NCBI GenBank assembly: GCA_016930795.1
Contig: JAFGFY010000004.1
Location: forward strand, 16,421-80,420
Source: Deltaproteobacteria bacterium
Lineage (GTDB): Bacteria > Desulfobacterota > DSM-4660 > Desulfatiglandales > HGW-15
DNA length: 64,000 nt
Direction: 5' to 3'
The position numbers and the translations under genes are program-made. A model generated the notes under the pieces. It was not told the DNA's origin. It worked only from the letters and a program-made list of their open reading frames with translations, and made no database searches. Positions 35,550 through 46,153 of this stretch are shown in pieces; the first letter of the stretch is position 1; every line of letters starts with the position of its first letter.

Positions 35550-36940
35550 AAGAGATTGTCAAAAAACTTCCAGAACCGGTTATGCAACCCATCAGATATA
35601 TGATGGGCTGCCTCCCTCCACGATTTCGATATGGAAGGGTCTTTCGGCAGTCCTATGATTTTCTGGACAACTCCCAATGGTGGAACAAAGAGAGGCTTCA
35701 AGAGTATCAGATGAATCGGTTAGAACAACTCTTGCATCATGCATACCGGAATGTTCCTTACTATCGACGTGTCTTTCAAGAGATGGCTTTGCGTCCTGAT
35801 AGTATCAAGGACTTTGGAGATATGAATAAATTGCCTTTTCTGACAAAAACGATCATTCAGAACAACATACATGATTTAGTAGCAGAGAATTATCCCAGGT
35901 CACGATTGGAGAGTGTTTCGACGGGAGGCTCAACAGGAGATCCTTTGGGCTTTTATCATGAGAGAGGTATTTCTGCGGCTCGGGAGAAAGCCTTCATATT
36001 TGCTTTATGGAGCAGGGTCGGTTTTAAGGCAGGAGATAAATGTGTCGAACTTAGAGGGAATATTCTTCAATCGAAAAAGGGAGGCACGTTCTGGATGTAC
36101 AATCCGGCAGAAAAGATCCTGAGGCTTTCTTCCTATCAAATGACCGATGAAACTTTGCCGAAATACATTGAGAAGATCCGGCAATTTCGGCCCGATTTCT
36201 TTCATGTGTATCCGTCTTCAATCATGATCCTGGGTAAATTTATGAAGGAGAGAAGTATTCGTCCTTTCCATAGTGTAAAAGCCCTGTTGTGTGCTTCAGA
36301 AAACATTTACTCTTGGCAGAGAGAGTTGCTGGAGGATGTTTTTCAATGCCGTGTTTTCAGTTTCTATGGGCACTCAGAGCGGGCTGTTTTGGCCGGTGAA
36401 TGTGAAAAAAGTATATCATATCATATTTCGCCGGAATATGGATTTACCGAGATCGTCGATGAAAGAGGAATACCTGTGGAGAAAGATGGTGAGACCGGGG
36501 AAATCGTGGCGACCGGATTTAACAACCAGGCTATGCCCTTTATCAGATATAAGACAGGGGATATTGCGGTCTATTCCAGCAAGACCTGTACCTGTGGACG
36601 GAATTATCCTTTGATTGAAAGAATCCGGGGGAGAATTCAGGATTTCCTTCTTTCCAGAAAGAACCATTTGATTCCATTAAGCACGATCCAATACGAAGCC
36701 TTGGGTGATAGTAATTTTGTCAGGCAGTTCCAATTTTACCAGGAAAAAGCCGGAGAGGTAGTCGTCAATATCGTTAAGGCGCAAGACTATACAAAAGAAG
36801 AGGAGCGCAGGATTTCAAGGGCGCTACAAAAAGGTGTATCAGGTGATATTGAATTTCACTTTGAATACAAAGATCTGATTCCAAGAACAAGCGGCGGAAA
36901 ACGCAGATTACTGATTCAGAAATTGCCTTCACCAGAATAA
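35546..36940 (+). CDS. Phenylacetate-CoA ligase-like (CapK-type) adenylate-forming enzyme 1
   Basis: HAYRNVPYY, STGGSTGDP, YGHSE, PFIRYKTGD, GRIQD. Confidence 0.82.
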   Translation: MKEIVKKLPEPVMQPIRYMMGCLPPRFRYGRVFRQSYDFLDNSQWWNKERLQEYQMNRLEQLLHHAYRNVPYYRRVFQEMALRPDSIKDFGDMNKLPFLTKTIIQNNIHDLVAENYPRSRLESVSTGGSTGDPLGFYHERGISAAREKAFIFALWSRVGFKAGDKCVELRGNILQSKKGGTFWMYNPAEKILRLSSYQMTDETLPKYIEKIRQFRPDFFHVYPSSIMILGKFMKERSIRPFHSVKALLCASENIYSWQRELLEDVFQCRVFSFYGHSERAVLAGECEKSISYHISPEYGFTEIVDERGIPVEKDGETGEIVATGFNNQAMPFIRYKTGDIAVYSSKTCTCGRNYPLIERIRGRIQDFLLSRKNHLIPLSTIQYEALGDSNFVRQFQFYQEKAGEVVVNIVKAQDYTKEEERRISRALQKGVSGDIEFHFEYKDLIPRTSGGKRRLLIQKLPSPE

Positions 36941-37004
36941 CGATGTCTTGGTATGAATAAAGCATGCAACCATACTATCAATATAAGGCGTATGTCAGAA
37001 AGAA

Positions 37005-38393
37005 ATGAGATTTAGAAAACTAATCAAAAGCTTTCCTTTTCCGGTCCTTATATTTCTTGGGTCTCTTTACAAAGTTATCCCATCCCGCATCCGTTTCGGA
37101 AAGATATTTTGGGAGACCTATCATTTTTTACAGCAATCACAGTGGTGGAGTAGAGAGAGGCTGGAGGAATATCAACTCAGCCGATTAGATAAGCTGCTAA
37201 GGCATGCCTATGATTGTGTGCCCTATTATAGAAGTCTGTTCGATGAAAGAGGTCTAAAGCCGAGTCATATTCAGAACTTCGAAGATCTTAAGAGTCTCCC
37301 CTATTTGACTAAAGATATGTTCAGGCAAAACTACAGTATAATTATTGAAGAAAACACTAGGACGAAAGGATTCCCCAGAGTCCATACGAGCGGTACGACA
37401 GGCAAGCCTCTGCAATTCTATGAAAACACATGGACCGCTCAAATGGAACGGGCCTTTATTTATCACCAATGGACCCGTGTAGGTGTGACTCCGCATGACC
37501 CTATGATCCAAATGAGGGGGCCGGTCATACAAGATAACATACCGGAATATTATCTAAAGACCAAAACTTTGAGGTTATCACCTCGGGTGGATAGTCTCGA
37601 AATCATTAGGTTTTATTTGGAAGAAATGAAGAGGTCAGGAGCCTCTTATCTCCATGGATATCCAAGTGCGATAGCACTCTTCGCTCTAACGATAAAGCAG
37701 CATGGATTGATCGTTCCAATAAAGATCAAAGCCATACTATTTGCATCTGAAACGGTTTATGAATGGGAAAGGCGAATCGTTGAAGAAGTATTTGGTTGTC
37801 GTGTTTTCAGCTTTTATGGCATGGCGGAAAAAGTAGTTTTGGCGTCAGAATGCGAAACCAGTCACGATTACCATTGCCTTCCACAATACGGAATAACTGA
37901 AATAGACGAGAAAACCAATGAGATTATAGGAACAAGTTTTCTCAATTATCTTAATCCGTTTATTCGATATCGAACCACGGATGTTGCTTATGGACTAAGT
38001 GATTCGTTATGCCAGCACTGCGGCAGGCATGAATATCCCATTTTTTCTGGAGTAGAGGGGAGGCTGGAAGATTTCATCGTAACAACCGGAGGTGTTCCTG
38101 TATCTCCGGCGATTATTACACATCCTATGAAGGATCTTAAGGCGGTCAAGAGCACACAACTCCTGCAAAAATCTCTTGATTCCATCAAAGTCAAAATTGT
38201 CCCTTGGGACCAACATGATCCAAAGACTTTAGATAAAGAAGCAGACATTATAAGGCAGGGACTAAAGGGAATTCTTGGTGTCGACATGAAGGTTGAAATT
38301 GAGATTACACAATCCGTGCAATTGTCAGCAACCGGAAAGTTCAAATGGGTCGTTTCAGATGTCCACAAAGGTTTTCCTGAAGCTATAAAGTAG
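37005..38393 (+). CDS. Phenylacetate-CoA ligase-like (CapK-type) adenylate-forming enzyme 2
   Basis: HAYDCVPYY, TSGTTGKP, YGMAE, PFIRYRTTD, GRLED. Confidence 0.82.
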   Translation: MRFRKLIKSFPFPVLIFLGSLYKVIPSRIRFGKIFWETYHFLQQSQWWSRERLEEYQLSRLDKLLRHAYDCVPYYRSLFDERGLKPSHIQNFEDLKSLPYLTKDMFRQNYSIIIEENTRTKGFPRVHTSGTTGKPLQFYENTWTAQMERAFIYHQWTRVGVTPHDPMIQMRGPVIQDNIPEYYLKTKTLRLSPRVDSLEIIRFYLEEMKRSGASYLHGYPSAIALFALTIKQHGLIVPIKIKAILFASETVYEWERRIVEEVFGCRVFSFYGMAEKVVLASECETSHDYHCLPQYGITEIDEKTNEIIGTSFLNYLNPFIRYRTTDVAYGLSDSLCQHCGRHEYPIFSGVEGRLEDFIVTTGGVPVSPAIITHPMKDLKAVKSTQLLQKSLDSIKVKIVPWDQHDPKTLDKEADIIRQGLKGILGVDMKVEIEITQSVQLSATGKFKWVVSDVHKGFPEAIK

Positions 38394-38546
38394 AACCATT
38401 ACTTTCGGCAGGCAAAAGAGATGAGGGAGATTTGTCGGGAATAGGTTCCATAGGTTGGACTCAAATATTTGATCAATATGAGATGAAGTCTCTTCCAGCT
38501 TAGATAAGATATCTTCGGTGTTGATGGAGTTATGATATAAAGGAAT

Positions 38547-40007
38547 ATGTTTGAAGCAGTCTTCAAAGATATGTTCAAATATCTACCCGCTACGGTTGTT
38601 CCTGCTATTGTTGGATTTATAAGTATCCCGATTTTCACAAGATTGTTTTCCCCTCAGGCCTATGGGAATTACAGCATTGCAATGGCCACTGTCATGGTCA
38701 TGGCAACCATTCTAGGATGGTTGCCCATGGGAGTCATCAGGTTTTATCCCGCTTATGAAAAGGAGAAACGACTTGACAGCTTTGAAACAAGTGTTTTTTA
38801 TTCAAACCTTATGTCCATCTTATCCCTTTTAGTTATCTCATCAGCTGTTCTTTTCACTACTAAAGCTCTTTTGGAGCCTCAATTATTCTCTCTTCTTTTT
38901 ATCGGATTAGGGATTATGGCTGTGGCTTCCCAGTTCAATATCCTTTTGGACTTTCTCAGATCACAGAGAAAAGCAGGATTATATAGTCTCTTTACCTCTA
39001 TAAAAAGTATAGGGGGAATAGGATTCACTTTGATACTCATATACTCATTCAGAAAGGATATTGCCTTTTTGTTGTGGGGGCCCATTCTAAGCACTTCTCT
39101 GATTTTGCCATTTATGTGGCGACCGGCCATTGAATCAACACGTGTATTCCCATTCAGTATAGAATTTGGCTTGATAAAAACTATTGCAAAATACAGTCTG
39201 CCACTCGTCATTGGAAATCTGGCCGCCTGGATATTGAGCCTTTCCGACAGATATGTCATAAATCTATACAGAGGGGCACATGAAGTCGGTATATATTCAG
39301 CGAGCTATGATATAGCCGATAAAAGCATTATGTTGATGATATCTTTATTCACGCTGGTGGTGGGACCTCTCGCATTTAATATCTGGGAAAAAGAAGGAGA
39401 AAAAGAGAGCAAAATATTTTCAACCAGCATAACCCGTTACTTCTTGATCATCTATTTTCCCGCTGTTACGGGACTCGTGACTCTATCGAAACCAATTATC
39501 AGCCTTTGCACGGCAGAAGAATATCACAGTGGTTATATTATCTTGCCTTTAGTCGTTTCTGGAGTCTTCCTTTTTGGTTTGCAGCAGCATTTCCAGAGAG
39601 GACTTCTCTTTCATAAGCAAACCCCCCTAATCATGTGGAGTGTCGTGATTTCCGGTCTTTTTAATCTCCTGATCAATTTTATATTCATCCCAAGGTATGG
39701 CTATATTGCTGCCGCTTATTCCACTTTCCTTTCATATGGTCTGTATTTTGTGTTGATCGTCATTATGGCACGACGGTTCTACACTTGGCATTTTCCTTTC
39801 CAAACTCTATTAAGGGTGTTTGTTGCCTCAGTGATAATGGGCATTGCAGTATATTACCTGCATAATAACCTACCCGGACCATTGGTCTTGAATCTACTTC
39901 TGGTTATCTTCCTGGGAATATTGATATATTTTTTGATGCTCTTTTTATTCCGTGAGTATGATTTGTTCTTGATTTATGGGGAAATTTCGGCTTACATAAA
40001 AAAATAA
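38547..40007 (+). CDS. wzx: Wzx-type oligosaccharide flippase
   Basis: Many TM segments, YSLPLVIGNLAAWILSLSDRYVI, EVGIYSASY. Confidence 0.85.
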   Translation: MFEAVFKDMFKYLPATVVPAIVGFISIPIFTRLFSPQAYGNYSIAMATVMVMATILGWLPMGVIRFYPAYEKEKRLDSFETSVFYSNLMSILSLLVISSAVLFTTKALLEPQLFSLLFIGLGIMAVASQFNILLDFLRSQRKAGLYSLFTSIKSIGGIGFTLILIYSFRKDIAFLLWGPILSTSLILPFMWRPAIESTRVFPFSIEFGLIKTIAKYSLPLVIGNLAAWILSLSDRYVINLYRGAHEVGIYSASYDIADKSIMLMISLFTLVVGPLAFNIWEKEGEKESKIFSTSITRYFLIIYFPAVTGLVTLSKPIISLCTAEEYHSGYIILPLVVSGVFLFGLQQHFQRGLLFHKQTPLIMWSVVISGLFNLLINFIFIPRYGYIAAAYSTFLSYGLYFVLIVIMARRFYTWHFPFQTLLRVFVASVIMGIAVYYLHNNLPGPLVLNLLLVIFLGILIYFLMLFLFREYDLFLIYGEISAYIKK

Positions 40008-40015
40008 TCTTCTCA

Positions 40016-41440
40016 ATGGTGACACAAATGACGCTGTTTGGATTGTATGATAACAAGCTGAATATCTTGGGCTATATAGTTATTCCCCTTTGTCTCGGTC
40101 TGATCATTGCTTTTTCGGATTGGCGATTTGGCATTGGCTTAGGTGCCATTATCTTGTTTTTTTGCCTTGGCCCTCGAATACAGTGCTACATGCTTATTGT
40201 CTCAATCTTCTATCCTCTCGTGCTGACAATCGGACCCATTAACGAATTTCCTGTTTCTCTCATTATCACACCACTCTTCCTCATCTCAATGCTTAGTTTC
40301 ATGCTTTTGAATGGACATCCTATTCGGCTTGGCAGAGACAGCAGACCTTTCATATTTGCCTTTTGCCTCCTCCTGCTCTGCCTTGTGATAGGTTATGCGA
40401 AAAACACATTTTCTGTATTTTCAATAAATCTGGGAGATCATGAAAGCAAAATGGTTGGTCTTTCCTATTTAACGACTTTTACTGGAATAATGGTCTTCTT
40501 AAGCGCTTCATGGTATTTTTCGATAGCCTTTTTTGATGAGAATAGGCTATTACGCTTTTTCATCATTATAGCCACGGTTTTGGCTCTTTTTAAGTTTACA
40601 GGTCTGGCATCCATTCTTTTCGATACCTCTTTTAATCAGCCGTACATAACGGCTTCCGGTGCGAAAAGAATGGGAGGTTTCGACAACCTTGTCTGGTTAG
40701 CCGTCCCCGCCCTTATGGCCTACACCTCTCAACGGGTAAACACTTTAAGGATATTTTTAATCGTTGTCTATCTGGTTTTTGGGATAATGAGCGGAGGCAG
40801 GGCTCTATTCTTTGGTATTGTTTTCGCTACCATTATATACTTGTCCTTGTTCTACAAGAAGTATTCTGCGCGTCTTGTTTTGGCTGGCGGTATCATTATT
40901 CTGACGATGGCCTTAATGGCACAATTTGTCTCTCTTCCGACACAAATAAGAAGAATAAGCGGATTGACCATGATAGAAGAAGGCGGATTCGCGCAGCAGG
41001 ATCCCGGAAGAGCCGTTACCTTTTCCTATTTTTGGAACATATTTTTAGATAATCCTTTGTTCGGGAAGGGCATTGGCATCTATAACGAGAGGATGCCCGA
41101 GCGGTTGAGTTTTATAAATGAACAGCTTATTTCCGGGGGACATGGCGCATATCTCTCCATTCTTGCCATTTTTGGCATTGTTGGTGCTGTTTTTCTCGCT
41201 TTGATTCTTTTCGGGACGGTTTACAAATCATACCGAATAATTTTGATGAATAGTCTTGATGAAGAGCCCGTTGCCTATAAAAAAACGGCTATTTTTATAT
41301 TCCTTTATTCCCTAGTTGCTGTTTTCTACTATGTATTTGGGTTTTCAGGTTTTCAAGACTTGAAACTATACTTTGTAATAGGAATGCTGGTAGGTATCCT
41401 TGAGAAGAGGGAGAGACATACCCATATTATTGAGGATTAA
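40016..41440 (+). CDS. wzy: Wzy polymerase / O-antigen ligase-like membrane protein
   Basis: Multi-TM, SGGRA, PLFGKGIG, HGAYLSILAIFGIVG; position after wzx. Confidence 0.7.
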   Translation: MVTQMTLFGLYDNKLNILGYIVIPLCLGLIIAFSDWRFGIGLGAIILFFCLGPRIQCYMLIVSIFYPLVLTIGPINEFPVSLIITPLFLISMLSFMLLNGHPIRLGRDSRPFIFAFCLLLLCLVIGYAKNTFSVFSINLGDHESKMVGLSYLTTFTGIMVFLSASWYFSIAFFDENRLLRFFIIIATVLALFKFTGLASILFDTSFNQPYITASGAKRMGGFDNLVWLAVPALMAYTSQRVNTLRIFLIVVYLVFGIMSGGRALFFGIVFATIIYLSLFYKKYSARLVLAGGIIILTMALMAQFVSLPTQIRRISGLTMIEEGGFAQQDPGRAVTFSYFWNIFLDNPLFGKGIGIYNERMPERLSFINEQLISGGHGAYLSILAIFGIVGAVFLALILFGTVYKSYRIILMNSLDEEPVAYKKTAIFIFLYSLVAVFYYVFGFSGFQDLKLYFVIGMLVGILEKRERHTHIIED

Positions 41441-41527
41441 TCTTCTTTCTGTGGCGTTTCAGTCCTTTCGGAGACGTTCTATTATTGAGTTTGTGCATTT
41501 CGGACATCTGTTTTTTCAGAATAAAAC

Positions 41528-42670
41528 ATGAGTAGAATTATATTCGCAGCCCCCCATTATTATTCAAGCTTTATACAGGTCGGGGCACAACACTATGCTA
41601 GAGTCTTTTCAAGATATAATTGGAACGTTCTCTATTTCTCGAATTATCTTTCACCATTCAACATTTTTCTGAGTAAAGACAAGAAAGACATTGTTTCTCG
41701 TTTCTTAAACCATTTTCATGGTGGAGAACGGATTAATTCTAATCTGTTGACTTATGTCCCCTTTTCCTTGCTTCCTCACCATAATTTCACGATATTCGAT
41801 AAAAGATGGTTCTTGGACAACGCCTACAGATTCACAATTCCATCCGTTACAGGCATTTTGAGAAGGTATCTTTTTGAAAATATCGATGTGCTATGGATAG
41901 ACTGTCCCAACCAGATATTCTGGAGGAATATCGTCGGGCATAAGAAAAGCATCTATCGTATATTCGATGACATTGAAGCATTTCAAAAGGCGGGCCCTGT
42001 TCTCATGGAGGCGCATGAAGAGGCCCTTTTGTCCTCAGATGTGGTTATTGTGACTTCGAAAGCATTGATTAAAGATCTAAAAAGAAAATACAAAGACATT
42101 TCCTTCATCCATTGCCCAAATGGAGTTGATCTTACAAATTTCGTGCGAGAAAAATATGTTAAGCCTGAAGAGTATGAAAACATTAAGGGGAGAATGGCCC
42201 TATATGTGGGTGCTATCGATGATTGGTTTGATGAGACCCTCCTCGCATATATAGCCAGCCACTCTCCTGAAATTGACTTCTGCGTCATTGGCCCGGACAG
42301 GCTTGGAAAAATGTCTACAGTGAAACAAAGAAACATCCATTACTTGGGCCCAAAGCCGTTTAAGGAAATCCCTGACTATATGTTCTATGCGGATTTTGGT
42401 ATCATCCCTTTTAAGTCAAATAGGCTCGTGAGATGTGTCAACCCCATAAAAATGTATGAATATTTCAGCCTGGGCAAACAGGTTATCAGCACCTCTTGGG
42501 AGGAAATCGAGTTGTTGGAGACTCCCTGTATGATAGCTCAAGATAAGGAGGAGTTCCTAGAGTTCGTTAATAGCGATAAGGTTCTCAATCCGGATAAGGG
42601 AGATCTAACACAGTATGCGAAAGAGAACACATGGGAAAATCGCCTTAGGGACATACTCGGGTTGTTGTAA
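41528..42670 (+). CDS. Glycosyltransferase (GT-B, GT4-like)
   Basis: CPNGVD, YVGAIDDW, DFGIIPF, PIKMYEY. Confidence 0.82.
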   Translation: MSRIIFAAPHYYSSFIQVGAQHYARVFSRYNWNVLYFSNYLSPFNIFLSKDKKDIVSRFLNHFHGGERINSNLLTYVPFSLLPHHNFTIFDKRWFLDNAYRFTIPSVTGILRRYLFENIDVLWIDCPNQIFWRNIVGHKKSIYRIFDDIEAFQKAGPVLMEAHEEALLSSDVVIVTSKALIKDLKRKYKDISFIHCPNGVDLTNFVREKYVKPEEYENIKGRMALYVGAIDDWFDETLLAYIASHSPEIDFCVIGPDRLGKMSTVKQRNIHYLGPKPFKEIPDYMFYADFGIIPFKSNRLVRCVNPIKMYEYFSLGKQVISTSWEEIELLETPCMIAQDKEEFLEFVNSDKVLNPDKGDLTQYAKENTWENRLRDILGLL

Positions 42671-42687
42671 GCAATCTTTAATCTGCC

Positions 42688-43908
42688 ATGAAAGATAATC
42701 TGCTCTTTATTACCAATTTGTTACCGTATCCATTAGATAATGGAGGTAAAATCAAAACATATCACACATTATCGGTTCTAATTAACCTATTTGAGATTGA
42801 CCTGTTATGTTTCATTGAAGATAAGTCAGACAGACAGTATATACGGGATATTCAGAGATTAGGGATTTCCATCAATGTTGTTTATAAGAGATTGCGTCAT
42901 ACCAAAACCCCATTTTTGCTCTGTTGGGAAGTACTCAAATCATTCATAACAAAATACCCTTATATTGTTTCAAAGTATGCATCTCCTGAAATGAGAAGGA
43001 TTCTTGCAGGTAAACTCGCTGAAAAACGATACCAGACTATCTATATTGACCATTTACCGCTCTTTCAGTATGTCCCCGATAATATTCATCAGACGGATAT
43101 CTTTGTCATACTGGACCAGCACAATCTCGAACATGAGATTATCCGGCGTCGCATGGGCGTCGCAAAAAACGTCTTCACAAAACTATTTCTTCGTATTGAA
43201 TACCTTAAGGCCGTTCGCTATGAAAAGGAAAGTTGCATGAAAGCCGATTTGACTCTAGCCATCACGAAAAGAGACCTTTCCTTGATAGATAGAATGACGG
43301 AAAACCGGGCGTGCTGTAAGATAGCCCCCTTTTATGTCAAAGAAATTAGTCCTATTCCGCGTGACAATTCCTTTAAGAAGAAGACGATTCTATTTTTGGG
43401 GACCATGTCATGGTTTCCTAACGAAGACGCCGTCATCTGGTTCTTTCATAACGTTTTCAAACAATACCATCTTGATAAAAAGGGATGGAGGTTATTGATT
43501 GTTGGAAATTCTCCCGGAAGGGCTATTTTGAATTTAAGGTCCGATTCCGTCAGTATTACTGGATATGTCGATAATCTCAGGCCATACTTAGATGAGTCGC
43601 TTCTCAGTGTTGTTCCACTGAGAATAGGAGGCGGGATGAGGATCAAAGTCCTTGAACTTTTCTCCTTTGGTATCCCTGTCATATCTACAAATATCGGTTG
43701 TGAGGGGATCCCCGTTTCAAATGGAGAACATATTCTTATTGCAGAAACACCTTCAGAATTCAAAAAATCTATAGAGTGCATATATCATGATACTGAATTA
43801 CGGCAGAATCTGGTGAATAGCGCTCTTTCCTTTGTAAAGACTCATTATTCTTCCACATCTGCTCTTCAACAATACAGGGATATTTTGCGGACCGTACCCA
43901 GAAGCTGA
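42688..43908 (+). CDS. Glycosyltransferase family 4
   Basis: PYPLDNGGKIKT, FLGTMSWFPN, VPLRIGGGMRIKVLE, STNIGCEG. Confidence 0.88.
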   Translation: MKDNLLFITNLLPYPLDNGGKIKTYHTLSVLINLFEIDLLCFIEDKSDRQYIRDIQRLGISINVVYKRLRHTKTPFLLCWEVLKSFITKYPYIVSKYASPEMRRILAGKLAEKRYQTIYIDHLPLFQYVPDNIHQTDIFVILDQHNLEHEIIRRRMGVAKNVFTKLFLRIEYLKAVRYEKESCMKADLTLAITKRDLSLIDRMTENRACCKIAPFYVKEISPIPRDNSFKKKTILFLGTMSWFPNEDAVIWFFHNVFKQYHLDKKGWRLLIVGNSPGRAILNLRSDSVSITGYVDNLRPYLDESLLSVVPLRIGGGMRIKVLELFSFGIPVISTNIGCEGIPVSNGEHILIAETPSEFKKSIECIYHDTELRQNLVNSALSFVKTHYSSTSALQQYRDILRTVPRS

Positions 43909-43965
43909 TATTTAGATTATGCGGATTGACAGTATTCGCAGTATATCGCGGGAAGAAAACGACCA

Positions 43966-44706
43966 ATGAATAAAACACCGTTTCTGAATACCCACATTAA
44001 TATTCTCAACACATCTGAAGCTTTAGCCATTTGCAGTGGATTTTTTGATTCTAATGAAAAACATTCGATTTTCTTTCTCAACGCCCACTGTTTCAATGTG
44101 GCGCAAAAGGACGATCAATATCTTGCCTTACTCAAAAATGCTGGAATTGTATTGAATGATGGAATAGGCGTACACATGGCTTCAAAGTTTTTGGGTATTA
44201 GCCTAAAGGAAAATATGAACGGTTCAGATTTTATCCCGAAACTCATTAAACATGCTTGCTCCCTTGGTAAAAAGGTTTTTCTTTTAGGTTCGGAAGTTGG
44301 GGTTGCTGAGCGGGCAAAGAATAATTTGGAAAGAAAACTTGGTGACCATTGCATCTCTGGAGTGAACCACGGCTATATTCTTGATGAAACTGAAAACAGA
44401 GCGGTTCTTGATGGAATAAACAAATCCGAAGCAGAATTGCTTGTTGTCTGCATGGGTGTTCCCCTTCAGGAAAAATGGATAGAGAGAAATTTGGATTTAT
44501 TAGAGAATATAAAAATCGCTGTCGCGGGAGGTGCGATTATCGATTTTCTCGCAGGAAAAGTGAAACGTGCACCTACATTAGTTCAGAAGCTCGGGATTGA
44601 ATGGCTATATCGATTTGGACAAGAGCCCAACCGGTTGTTTCGAAGGTATTTCATCGGGAACATTGTTTTCTTTTTTCATGTGTTTAGATTGCGCAGACAA
44701 CTTTAA
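43966..44706 (+). CDS. WecB/TagA/CpsF (GT26) glycosyltransferase
   Basis: LNAH, NDGIG, NGSDF, MGVPLQEKW, EWLYRFGQEPNRLFRRY. Confidence 0.9.
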   Translation: MNKTPFLNTHINILNTSEALAICSGFFDSNEKHSIFFLNAHCFNVAQKDDQYLALLKNAGIVLNDGIGVHMASKFLGISLKENMNGSDFIPKLIKHACSLGKKVFLLGSEVGVAERAKNNLERKLGDHCISGVNHGYILDETENRAVLDGINKSEAELLVVCMGVPLQEKWIERNLDLLENIKIAVAGGAIIDFLAGKVKRAPTLVQKLGIEWLYRFGQEPNRLFRRYFIGNIVFFFHVFRLRRQL

Positions 44707-44811
44707 TCCGATAGCGCATGAAAGTCGCAGGCCCTTGTATTGCGCACATACGAGCCTTCTTCTTATGTGATCGGCTCAATAGAAGAACTCAAAACCTTTT
44801 GGAGTTCTATT

Positions 44812-45906
44812 ATGGCTAAGATCTTCCTTGTAACTGCTGCTAGACCGAATTTTATGAAAGTTGCTCCTCTTTTCCACTCTTTGAAGGAAGAGAGCTGGGC
44901 TGATCCCCGGATCATTCACACAGGACAGCATTACGATCTTGATATGTCAGATTCATTTTTTAAGGATCTTCTTCTTCCTCAGCCTCAAATAAACCTGGGA
45001 ATCGGTAGCGGCACCCATGCCGAACAGACAGGCAATGTCATGATTGCCTTTGAAAGAGTCGTCAGCAGAGAACAACCTGATCTTGTTGTTGTTGTCGGTG
45101 ATGTAAATTCTACGATGGCTTGCACCATTGCTGCTGTGAAGTCGGACTGTAAAGTGGCCCATCTGGAAGCAGGGCTTCGTTCTTTCGATCGGAATATGCC
45201 GGAAGAAATCAATCGTATCGTTACGGATACCCTTTCGGATGTTCTATGGACGCCTTCACCGGATGCAGATCAAAACCTTCTGAATGAAGGCATTAAACCG
45301 GAAAAGATCAAAAGAGTCGGCAATATCATGATTGACTCACTAGAGCTGCTTCGAGAAAAGATCGAGGAGGAAAACATGCTGGAAGAATTCCGGCTTGATG
45401 CTGGAAATTATGCTGTTGTGACCCTTCACAGGCCGATAAATGTTGATACACGTAACACCCTGAAGAATATCTGTGATGTACTGGAATATACCGCAAGTAA
45501 ATGTAAAGTCATTTTCCCTGTTCATCCCCGTACTGAAAAAAGCCTGAAAGCCTTTGGGTTATATTCACGGCTTGATATGAATGACCATCTGATCATGGTT
45601 ACGCCGTTAAGCTATGTCAAATTCATGAGCCTTGTGTTTAACTCCAAATTCCTGATAACCGATTCCGGAGGGATACAGGAAGAGACAACCTACCTTGGTA
45701 TCCCTTGCCTTACACTGCGGGAAAGCACTGAAAGGCCGATTACGGTCTCCATGGGAACGAACCATCTATGCAACATCGAAAACATCTATTTAAATATCGA
45801 TGAGGTCTTTCAGGGACATTCCCATAAAGGTTCAATCCCGGAACTTTGGGATGGACATACCGCTGAGCGTGTCGTCAAAGATATTCATAAACGATTCGAA
45901 TATTGA
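44812..45906 (+). CDS. wecB: UDP-N-acetylglucosamine 2-epimerase (non-hydrolysing)
   Basis: ARPNFMK, HTGQHYD, VVGDVNST, HLEAGLRS, MPEEINR, TDSGGIQEE; ATG 44812 with GGAG RBS. Confidence 0.93.
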   Translation: MAKIFLVTAARPNFMKVAPLFHSLKEESWADPRIIHTGQHYDLDMSDSFFKDLLLPQPQINLGIGSGTHAEQTGNVMIAFERVVSREQPDLVVVVGDVNSTMACTIAAVKSDCKVAHLEAGLRSFDRNMPEEINRIVTDTLSDVLWTPSPDADQNLLNEGIKPEKIKRVGNIMIDSLELLREKIEEENMLEEFRLDAGNYAVVTLHRPINVDTRNTLKNICDVLEYTASKCKVIFPVHPRTEKSLKAFGLYSRLDMNDHLIMVTPLSYVKFMSLVFNSKFLITDSGGIQEETTYLGIPCLTLRESTERPITVSMGTNHLCNIENIYLNIDEVFQGHSHKGSIPELWDGHTAERVVKDIHKRFEY

Positions 45907-45938
45907 AGATCCATGCAGGACGATGCAGGGATCTTCAA
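45903..45938. repeat. Hairpin at the wecB stop, sharing arm sequence with the 15044 palindrome; possible terminator
   Basis: TTGAAGATCC-A-TGCA-GGACGA-TGCA-G-GGATCTTCAA followed by TTTT. Confidence 0.45.
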
Positions 45939-46153
45939 TTTTCAACTTATTTTAGTTTTCCATATTCCCTAGGAACCCACAAATTCTTGTGAAGAGCCCT
46001 ATTTTAATTCGCTCGCTGTTCATTTTCATAGGTTCAAGGAGACGCCATCAGCCTGAATATCCTCTAGGACAATGTCTTCGACTTATCCCTTTAGGAAGTT
46101 TACAGAGAAATTGAGGGAATAAGCGAACAATAGCGCTATTTAGGGTTTTAACT

